NCBI GenBank assembly: GCA_010909165.1
Contig: MU008190.1
Location: forward strand, 307,159-338,601
DNA from: Anthoceros angustus
Taxonomy: Eukaryota; Plantae; Anthocerotophyta
Direction of reading: 5' to 3'
Length of the DNA: 31,443 nt
Shown piece by piece: positions 11,314 through 20,134 of the stretch; the stretch's first letter is position 1; every line of letters begins with the position of its first letter. The translations under genes and the position numbers were made by a program. The notes beneath the pieces are model-generated. The model saw nothing but the letters and a program-made list of their open reading frames with translations. It had not been told where the DNA came from and did no database searches.

Positions 11314-12301
11314 CTACCGTCTGCACACCATGCCAGAGGTGCCGGAACCGGCAGGGCCGCACTGAAGCTGGGCCAAATTCGCAAGAAGCTCACCGGAAGC
11401 TGCTCCAAACCTGCCGACAGAGCAGTCGGCAGAGAAGAGGGAAGAGGCAAGGTAACCTCTGTCGCCCCTCATGGTGGGCATGAGCTGGCCGGGGAGCTTC
11501 TGCAGCATTTGGAAGCCGGGGGCGAAGGTCTGGCCCAACACGCCGTGCACGTTGCTGGAGAGCTTGGCAAACTTGAAGCTCACGTCCAAATGCGCCATGC
11601 TGTTGGTGTCGTAGTCCACTCCATAATTGTGAAGCTTGTTCTCCTCCGGCGACACAGGCACAATCTTCACCATTAACTCCACGACTCCGTCCACGCGGAC
11701 TCTGACCAGGTTGGTGGCTTCCAGGCGCTCCACGCTGACGCCGCTTGCTGGCGACTCCCACAAAGCTCCCTTTCCGGCGGGGAGCACGATCGGGGTGGAG
11801 TCCAGCGACAGCGCGAACTGGTCCTTGGATTCCTCCCAGCCCACCACCTTGTTGGCTCCGATGTAGAGCTGGTGAGCTCCGAACTGCACTCCCAGCGCCT
11901 GCACCCAGGTGAAGTCGCGGTGCATGCCGGATCTGCGCAGCCCGATGAAGTGGGCGTTGATGTGGAGGTCGGCATCGGACACGAGGCAGAAGTCTGCATC
12001 CTTGTGGCCATGGAAGTAGAATTGCTGGCCCCCCGGCGTCTTCAGCACCGGGTCCTGACACAGCGACGGGAACTCCTCGCAGGGGTCTGCAAGTCGACGC
12101 TTCATGTGGTCAGACACCCACAGGCATCTCATAGACGAGCAATTCTGCGTCACGGTGAGCCGTGAGCACTGCGATTGTTGAATTGGCAAGAAGGCTCAAG
12201 AGTCAGAGGGGTCGAGCAAGCTTACCATAGCCCGAGTCCTGGCCGTACACAGTACCCACATACAGGAACAGGATGGCCGCCACTAGCTTCAGGGAACCCA
12301 T
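11314..12301 (-). CDS. Secreted Root_cap/LEA-related protein, paralog 3 (282 aa)
   Basis: Exon 1 12301-12226 (MGSLKLVAAILFLYVGTVYG-QDSGY), phase-1 intron 12225-12087 (GTAAGC...TTGCAG), exon 2 12086-11314 with the same motifs. A TATA-like element is at 12396-12402. Confidence 0.92.
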
Positions 12302-14258
12302 GTTCAACGATTGCAGATTCCAGAGACTGGAGCAGCAGTCGAAGCTCCAAATCGATGGAAGAAAAAGATGGAATTCACGGAAGCTCGGGAGAAGGTATAT
12401 AAGGACTCCCGCACCGTGGCATGGGATGGGGTTTGGCAAACGGAGAGGAGAGGCGAAGATGCCACCAGGCCCGCCCGGCAGGGCTTCCGAGGCCCCGGAA
12501 GCCATGGCGCTGCCGAGCATGCCGGCCCGGCTCGGCTGGCTTTTGTCAGAAGGAACTTCCCGGGCCATACGATTAGCCTACAGGACACCAGAGGCCCGCA
12601 GGTCAAGAGGAGCAAACAGCGCTGCGAATGGCCCTTCTGTGACACGATTCTGATCCTATGCGTGCAACTGTGGATGCATCATTATTGTGGGCTATGGTGG
12701 GAAACTGCTATTGAGTATCAGCGTCCTCGAACGGGAGGGCTCCGTTCATCGGTGAATGAAAACCGGCCTCGGGGCCGGAGCTTTGTTATGGCTATCGGTT
12801 GCCCTCTTCCCGCTCCCGTGTGTGAGGCTGGAAATCTTCGAGTGCCAACGCCAAAAAGCCATATTACTCCGTCTTTTCATTACACCAGTGGACCTCAGTC
12901 CTGTATCGGGCACCTCGTACCGTAGACTGTAAAGGCCGTTGGTTAGAGTTAGACTCTTCACACACAACCCAAATGCATGTGGCTCTCGTGCTTGAAAGTT
13001 TGGAAGCCGCCCACTTGCTGCTCGTGAACACAAAAAGGATCTTGTCATGTATCTCTAACAGTCTGTCACTTGAGCAGTGATCAGCATAGCCGCAAGCAAG
13101 CAAACTGTTTTCGAAGCTGCCATCCAATCCAGAGCTGGACGTGATCGGCCTTTGCGGCTGAAGGTGTGGCATGCATTTGCATAGCCTTGCTCCGTACACC
13201 AATTCTGTGCTGAAGGCTGCACACAGTATAGACTGTCTGGATAACGTTTGGTGTAGTATGAGTTTGTCAAGTCAGTGGAAGCTTGCCTCAACAAATCTAA
13301 TTGAAAACTTGAATGAAGAGTGCAATAGTCATGCAGGCCTCTGCTGGAGTCGGACTCCAATGGCGCCAAAGAGAAAAGGAGTCTAACTCCTATCCTGGAC
13401 AGCTAGGGTAGCCTAGGTGCCACTAATCATGCGTTCCCGTCTTTGGAGCCTTCACTCCTGGCTTGCTAGCGTGTTATAATTTGTATGAGTGATGAACAAG
13501 TAGCTGTTAGGTAGTGCAACATCTGATGAGACGTTCCGAAGTAAAGGCAACAGAACCAATAAACCGTTCTCCAGGTACAGTCCTACATCCTAGTGGATCT
13601 TGTCATAGTCTTTTGCTGCTCGTAACCTATTCCACTAGTGCTTTCAGGGCCTCTTCGTCACAAGAGAATGTACCACTTAGTTTTCACGCACCTATGTACA
13701 TCAGTCGATAAATAATGCACATATCTAGGACGCTATCATGTACAACCGGCGACTGCAATTTTTCTGGTCTGAGAAAATAGAAGGCTTGGGTAGTCTAGAT
13801 ACCCAAACCCGCAGAAAGCAGTCTAGCACGGAGGCTGGGAAAGAAGCTGTCAGTGCAATCACTAGGTATGCTACCCGTGACAATTATTCCAGCCTCTTGT
13901 ATGGTATTCCAGCAGCACACAATTCCAGTCTTGATCTGATTACGCTGAGCTATTGTATGTCCAGTTCCTCGTTCAATGTTCCTTCAAGCTTTAGGAGGCT
14001 GACAATTAGCAGTAGATTTGACTACTGAGGTCGGATTAGGTTGCTGACAAGAGAGCCAATGCTATCACTCACAGCAAAAGTAGAAATCGGAGCAGGATCT
14101 GGCTGCAAACCACACACATTGCACCACAGACTAGCTGAAGGCAGGATGCAAATCAAACAAAGCTATGGATTGCTGATTAGGGATACATACATGTTGAAAT
14201 TCAAACATTTAGCTCAAAGAATTGTTCGTTTACTGGTTAGCAAACAAAGGCAGGTGTG

Positions 14259-15350
14259 TTAGCGTACATGACCTATGGACAAATGGGTTACCTGCTTGCT
14301 GCTCCTAGTTCGTGTACTTCCTGTCAACCATGCTACCCACATGAGCTGCATTCCAAGGACCAACACCCACCATGATACAAATCCTTTGGCAACCTGGATC
14401 AACCATGGTGGTGCATTCAGAGACGAGCCCAACTGTGCTCCCCGGGATAGCTGAAAGATTCGATACCCTTGATACACCAGAGGCACAACAGGCCACACTG
14501 GTGATTGCCATCTCCAGACCAGATTTTCCACACACATTTGAACCAGGAGCAGCAAGGTGTAAGGACCTATCACTGCAGCCCAGGGCAGAAAGCTTGCCTC
14601 TGGAACGAGCAATCCATGCCAAGAAGCTGTGAACGCAACAACAGGTCCGAGAAGCCCCACCAAACTGACAAGGATGCTCCATACTTTGTATCCCCTTGGA
14701 GTGTTCGAATGAAGAGTGACCACACCTGAGGGACCTTCATTTCTACTACTTCTGGCACAAGCATCTGCTGCAAGGAGAAAGACTGTAGATCCCATGTAGA
14801 AAGTGCAGTCAAGACCTGCCAAAGCCAGTATGCCTGCGATTGTGGAACCTGAGAACAAAGCAGGTGTAGGCAGCCACAACGCGGGGACTGCACCACTGGC
14901 AAGCAAAGCCAAGGGGCCAACCAACCAAAGAGGCCACTTGGGCCCTTCCGAGCGCCGTGGAATTTTGCTCATGACTGGTTCTCTTGGGCTCTTACTACTT
15001 TCCTCCACTTTATAAATTACCCCATTGTTTCCGCTTGCCATAGACAGCTCTTGGATATCATCGTCATCATCCTCCACCTCGTCACTACCATCCTTCACAT
15101 TCCTTGACCAAGCCCTGGTCACTTGTCGTCTCCGGAATCCCCTACGGACATCAGATCTTGTTGCACCTTCATGGATTGTTTTGGGAGATTCCCTGCTCTC
15201 AAAGACTGAAAGTGCTGGTGGAGTAAAACCACAATTGCTTCTTCTCAAACCAGACACGAATCGCTTGGTGGAAAGATGTGTTCGAAATGTCGTAAATTCA
15301 GTCCTCTTGTACCAAACGAGTTGCACGGAGCACAATTTCGTGACGGCCAT
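14259..15350 (-). CDS. Conserved plant multi-pass membrane protein of unknown function, At5g63040-like, probably plastid-targeted (363 aa)
   Basis: Uninterrupted ORF with an S/R/T-rich transit-peptide-like N-terminus. Hydrophobic blocks WPLWLVGP..LASG..PALWLP, GLDCTFYMGSTVFLLAADACAR, WRWQSPVWPVVPLVYQGYRIFQL and VSWWVLVLGMQLMWVAW match my recollection of the At5g63040 family. Confidence 0.85.
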   Translation of the reverse strand: MAVTKLCSVQLVWYKRTEFTTFRTHLSTKRFVSGLRRSNCGFTPPALSVFESRESPKTIHEGATRSDVRRGFRRRQVTRAWSRNVKDGSDEVEDDDDDIQELSMASGNNGVIYKVEESSKSPREPVMSKIPRRSEGPKWPLWLVGPLALLASGAVPALWLPTPALFSGSTIAGILALAGLDCTFYMGSTVFLLAADACARSSRNEGPSGVVTLHSNTPRGYKVWSILVSLVGLLGPVVAFTASWHGLLVPEASFLPWAAVIGPYTLLLLVQMCVENLVWRWQSPVWPVVPLVYQGYRIFQLSRGAQLGSSLNAPPWLIQVAKGFVSWWVLVLGMQLMWVAWLTGSTRTRSSKQVTHLSIGHVR

Positions 15351-15366
15351 TGAACGCTCACATCAA

Positions 15367-15462
15367 GAATGATTCAAGCAATGGTTGACCTGAGATAATA
15401 AAAAACACCAGCAGAATGGTTCAAGGAATGGTTGAGCTGAGATAATAAAAACAATACTAGCA
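15367..15462. repeat. ~47-bp tandem duplication containing a minus-strand 3' splice acceptor in the 5' UTR
   Basis: GAATGATTCAAGCAATGGTTGACCTGAGATAATAAAAAACACCAGCA (15367-15413) is followed by GAATGGTTCAAGGAATGGTTGAGCTGAGATAATAAAAACAATACTAGCA (15414-15462). Each copy reads TTTTATTATCTCAG on the minus strand. Confidence 0.8.
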
Positions 15463-16627
15463 CCCTCACGACGACATAGAACAACTGGTAACTTTGCTAG
15501 CAAGCAAGGACTGCCATCTCTACAGTAGTTGACACCACAGCGAGGTCCTCCCTCCTGAATTCCACAAATTTCAGCACCTTCCTCCTCCTCTCTGTCACTG
15601 TCTCTTACCCCTTCCGTCAGAAAGCATCACACCAAGCCCTGCCTTCTGGATCTGCAGCTTTAAAACCACCCGACCTAAACCGCACAACAACCGTCTCTGA
15701 ATCTTGAGCTACATCGACTGCACAAAACGCGAGACATGGAGGAGCTAGTACTGGCTCCGCAGAATCGCAGAGAAAAGGCTTCCCATTCGAAGTTGCACAG
15801 GCTGGAAGCTGCCTAGAGGCACATATGCATATTCCAGTGGTACAGGATGAGCCCGAAATCAAAACCTGAGAAGGCGTCCTAACAAAACGTGGGAGCAGTG
15901 GAGGACGACCACACACACTCGCATAGCTCAGCAAGAGAAAGATTTGCAACTGAAGATTCAAAATTTCGCAAGCTACTGCGGAAGTCGTGACTGTCACCGT
16001 AAGAGAATTCTGACCTTCACTTTGAACGTGAACTACATTTCCGGAGGAGTCTTCCAGCTCAACCCCGCGACGGCACACTGCGGATCATACAGCCAGATCC
16101 ATCATGCTCACAGCTTCCACATGACTAGCTTCCGGGAAGGCACGCAGAAAAGTCGGTCGCAACAAAGGAGTAGGACGAGGCTACGCCAAGAAGGCCCGGC
16201 GGGGACATGCTTGGTTGGTATCTTGCTAAGCAATCTACGACGACCGGTCGCCCGCGGTTGATTCGCATGCCCCATGAACTTGAAATCGGTAGATCCTGGT
16301 CCGCACGTCCGTAGGTCCGGACCGGTGCTTCGCTGGTGGCATCCACTTGGTAGAAATATGCAGGTAACTCCGGAAAAGAAAAGAATTGCAAGCTATCGCT
16401 ATGACGCGACATGGCCGACCAACTTGCGCACGATGCCGCTCGGCTGTCATTGTCCTCTAACACAGCATAAATAAATTATATACTAGGAGGGTAATATGTC
16501 TTTATTTATGATAGAAAGAGATGAGACAATTTATCTGCTTTACAATATATTGGGAAACAAATAAAGATCATGACCAAGTTAACCCTAGATAGATTTATGG
16601 CACCTATTTTCTAGAAAATTCAGGTTG

Positions 16628-17212
16628 AGTAACAAGCCTTGCATGAGAAGCATGCAGCCCTGGATCTAGTTAGTAAGTTGTAAATAGTGGTGGTAAGACT
16701 TAGCTTAGGGCTTAAGGAAGAAAGTCTGCTTTAAGCAATTACTTTGGAAATGATGTAAGCCTCCCTATAAAAGGAGATGAGGCTAGCCCTAGAGAAGCAT
16801 CTTGTGATTCTAGTATGGGGAGCTACACTCTTGAGGATAGGACTTTGGTGCCTAGAGGCCTTGGGAGCCTAGAGTGTGAGCATGTCTAGAAGGATCCTAG
16901 CACATGGGAGCTACACTCTTGTGAGGATAGGACTTTGGTGCCTAGAGGCCTTGGGAGCCTAGACTTTGAGCGTGCTAGAGGAGAGCTGTTGAGGAGGAGA
17001 TCGAGGGGAGAGAGCTAAGCTCCTAGCTTAGACAAAGATGGGGAGCTCTCTCTGATCTCACATGTATTCTTGTTGACTCTTGTTGGAATAAGAAGCGGCG
17101 ACGGCGATCGCGAGTCGCCCTGGAAGGACGGCGGGCTACTTGGAGGCCTAGTCTTTGGTGTCAGTGATGTTTTTGTCTAATCGCGCGGATCGCCTCATTG
17201 AAGGGGTGTACT
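16628..17212 (+). mobile_element. Ty3/gypsy LTR, copy A (~585 bp)
   Basis: Reverse complement of 17503-18083. Starts AGTAAC, has TATAAAA at 16766 and an internal ~88-bp duplication, and ends GGGGTGTACT followed by a PBS remnant (TG TGTA). Confidence 0.85.
16818..16979 (+). repeat. ~88-bp tandem duplication inside the LTR
   Basis: GGGAGCTACACTCTT(GT)GAGGATAGGACTTTGGTGCCTAGAGGCCTTGGGAGCCTAGA occurs at 16818 and 16906, and is also present in LTR copy B. Confidence 0.85.
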
Positions 17213-17244
17213 TGTGTACACCCCCTAGAGCTTCCATGTGTACA

Positions 17245-17500
17245 CTCTAGAGCTTTCATTCTCCTCAAAAGATTTTGAAGCTCCTCTTGTGGCATGGTGA
17301 CGGTCTTCGGCCCAGAGGTATCTGCCTCTGCCATTCCAAAAATTAGTGGCTCCATCTGAGGCTCATCCACTGCGGTCTCCACCATAGGAGCCTTCTCTTT
17401 CTTCCGTCCTATTCTCTCTACTCTGCCTGGCTCTTCAGGATCGGCCATCTCCAGCTAGCACCCTAGCTAAAAGATGCTTCAACCTTGAGCTCTGATACCA
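17245..17500 (-). mobile_element. tRNA-iMet PBS and 5' end of gag (truncated) following LTR copy B
   Basis: TGGTATCAGAGC on the minus strand at 17500-17489, 2 nt after the LTR end. ATG 17448 gives MADPEEPGRVERIGRKKEKAPMVETAVDEPQMEPLIFGMAEADTSGPKTVTMPQEELQNLLRRMKALE, nearly identical to the + copy at 18379. Confidence 0.85.
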
Positions 17501-17502
17501 CA

Positions 17503-18083
17503 AGTAACACCCCGGTGAGGTGGGCCACGATTAGCGACAAAAACATCACGAGACACCAAAGACTAGGCCTCCAGTAGCCCGTCCTTCCACGGACGACTCA
17601 CGACGCCCTGCCACCGCTTTTATTCCAAAGAAGTCAACAAGAATACATGTGAGATCAGAGAGAGCTCCCCATCTTTGCCTACGTTAGGAGCTTTAGCTCT
17701 CTCCCCTCGATCTCCTCCTCAACAGCTCTCCTCTAGCACGTTCACACTCTAGGCTCCCAAGGCCTCTAGGCACCAAAGTCCTATCCTCACAAGAGTGTAG
17801 CTCCCAAGTGCTAGGATCCTTATAGACATGCTCACACTCTAGGCTCCCATGGCCTCTAGGCACCAAAGTCCTATCCTCAAGAGTGTAGCTCCCCATACTA
17901 GGATCACAAGATGCTTCTCTAGGGTTAGCCTCATCTCCTTTTATAGGGAGGCTTACATCATTTCCAAAGTAACTGCTTAAAGCAGACTTTCTTCCTTAAG
18001 CCCTAAGCTAAGTCTTACCACCACTATTTACAACTTACTAACTAGATCCAGGACTGCATGCTTTTCATGCAAGGCTTCTTACT
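17503..18083 (-). mobile_element. Ty3/gypsy LTR, copy B (581 bp), with PPT upstream and PBS downstream
   Basis: Minus strand reads TGGGGGAGAA (PPT, 18093-18084), then AGTAAG...GGGGTGTTACT (LTR), then TG, then TGGTATCAGAGC (PBS). Confidence 0.88.
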
Positions 18084-18174
18084 TTCTCCCCCACTGGAAA
18101 AAGAATCACTGTCCTCAGTGATAGCCAACGTCTTGCCATCTAGCTTGTCTTGCATTCAACTTCAGCTGGTTATC
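18084..18174 (-). mobile_element. PPT plus an RNase H remnant of the gypsy element
   Basis: Minus strand encodes QLKLNARQARWQ, the Ty3/gypsy RNase H 'L.xRQARW' motif. It is joined within ~40 nt to the element's 3' end (AGGACAGTG...GTGGGGGAGAA). Confidence 0.7.
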
Positions 18175-18176
18175 TT

Positions 18177-19150
18177 TTGAGGAGGAGATCGAGGGGAGAG
18201 AGCTAAGCTCCTAGCTTGACGTGCTGACTGCGAGTCGTCCCGTGGAAGGACGGCGGGCTACTTGGAGGCCTAGTGCTGGTGTCTAGTGATGTTTTTGTCG
18301 CTAATCTGTTGACCCCACCTTGGTGTTACTTGTATCGTGAGCTCAAGGTTGAAGCATCTTTTAGCTAGGGTGCTGGAGATGGCCGATCCTGAAGAGCCAG
18401 GCAGAGTAGAGAGAATACGGCGGAAGAAAGAGAAGGCTCCTATGGTGGAGACCGCAGTGGATGAGCCTCAGATGGAGCCACTAATTTTTGGAATGGCAGA
18501 GGCAGATACCTCTGGGCCGAAGACCGTCACCATGCCAAGAGGAGCTTCAAAATCTTTTGAGGAGAATGAAAGCTCTAGAGCAACAAGTACAAGGAAAAGA
18601 AAGCTCGATGAAACATAGGATGATGAGCAGGACCAATTGGAGCTGGCCAGAAAAGAGTAAGTAAGCAAGGACCCAAGAAGTTGAGGCTAAGCATTCGATA
18701 GATATATATAAGGGTGAACGAGATGTGGAGAAAATTAATTAAGTGGTTTTCTCATTGGAAGGATACTTTACATGAGAGGATTCAAGTAGGAAGAGTATCT
18801 AGATCACATCGTTAACTTCTTAGAAGCACGCTCTTACTTGGTGGAGAACTTATGTTTAGAGTATTGAGCAGGGGTAATAGAGTGGAAACTATTTCCACAG
18901 GCGAATTCAAAGATGCCTTTGCAACTTCAATTCAAAACCAACTAATGCATCTATCTTTGGCAAGAAGGATACTAGAGAATGTGAAGCACACAGGAATGTT
19001 GCGGCAGTATGTGAGTGAATTTAGCACAGCTGTGTTACAATGCCCTGATATGCGGGAGGTGGATAAGCTCCACAGGTTTTACAGTGGACTCAAGAGGTGG
19101 GCTCTGGATAGAATTTATATGACAAAACCTCAAACTCTGCAAGATGGAGA
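18177..19150 (+). mobile_element. 3' part of LTR (copy C), degenerate PBS and frameshifted gag (Retrotrans_gag; chromovirus, Galadriel-like)
   Basis: 18177-18330 matches the 3' half of LTR A with an internal deletion and ends GTGTTACT. The PBS remnant reads TGTATCGTGAGC and the gag ATG is at 18379. The later frame VKHTGMLRQYVSEFSTAVLQCPDMREVDKLHRFYSGLKRWA...KPQTLQD resembles chromovirus gag. Clade assignment is from memory of motif style. Confidence 0.78.
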
Positions 19151-20095
19151 TGGAGATGCCAAGCGGATTGACCCGTAGCCAACAACAGGTCTTTGTGCAC
19201 TACGCTCGCCCTTTTGGGATGTATAACGGATGCGTCTTCAAGTTGGGGCCGGACGGAGTTGAACGGAGATACCTCCAGCAGGCGGAAACGGAGGTAGTAA
19301 TAAAAGGGATGCATGAGAGACTAGGTGGTGGACATTATGCGGCGCAGGTCACCACCAAAAAGATCTTGGAGGCCGGGTACTGGTGGCCCACCATGTATGG
19401 GGAAACGCACCAGTTTGTGAAGCGATGTGATGCTTGTCAGCGGATCGGGAAGCCTACCCCAACGACTCAATGGCCGCTGGTGCCCATATTGGCACTAGCG
19501 CCTTTCGAAAAATGGGGTATCGACTTCGTCGGACCTATACAGCCTACGACGAAGCACACACAGAAGAGATACATCTTGGTGGCAACGGACTACTGCACCA
19601 GGTGGGTGGAAGCGGTGGCAACAAGGACGGACTCTGCAAGCACGGTGGCAAAGTTCCTCTACGAAAACATCATAACACGATATGGATGTCGGTGCGATAG
19701 GGGACTCATTTCCTCAATGATGATAGCATAGCAGCGGACTATTTGGTGTAACTCATCGCAAGCACATACCGCCGAAGGCCAATGGGTTAAGGAGGAAGAC
19801 CAGCGGACTTATCTCTGGCAGCATCTAAATAAGCTCACGGTTAATTATGCGCACGACTGGGACACCAAGCTACCATCAGCGCTATGGGCCTTCAGGACGG
19901 CGGAGAAAGTAACCACCCACCGAACTCCGTATTACCTAACCTATGGGCATTCTCCAGTTATGCCGGTCGAATTTGAGGTACCCACGTTCCGAGTAATGAT
20001 GGAGGGGCGGCTAACCGAGGAGGAGAGCCAATTGGAACGGCTGCTAGGGTTTGTACAGCATACGGAGGGACGAGAGGAGGCTCAGCAGAGAACAT
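19150..20095 (+). mobile_element. Ty3/gypsy integrase fragment (non-chromovirus, Athila/Tat/Phygy-like), frameshifted
   Basis: HHCC zinc finger MHERLGGGHY...KILEAGYWWPTMY...CDACQR and core PFEKWGIDFVGPI..YILVATDYCTRWVEA..FLYENIITRYGC. After indels it continues KANG and DWDTKLPSALWAFRTAEKVTTHRTPYYLTYG..VMPVEFEVPT. Confidence 0.9.
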
Positions 20096-20104
20096 GATAA
20101 TCTT

Positions 20105-20134
20105 GGAAGGGGGTTAATATACAAACCCCCTTCC
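20105..20134. repeat. Perfect 11-bp inverted repeat (GGAAGGGGGTT-8nt-AACCCCCTTCC) at the junction after the integrase
   Basis: Arms at 20105-20115 and 20124-20134. An extra AAACCCCCTTC copy lies at ~20144-20154. Confidence 0.7.

Noticed and set aside
12203-14262. Numerous 60-200 aa ORFs between paralog 3 and the At5g63040-like gene
   Set aside because: No recognisable domains or codon bias. Consistent with promoter and 3' UTR/intergenic DNA.
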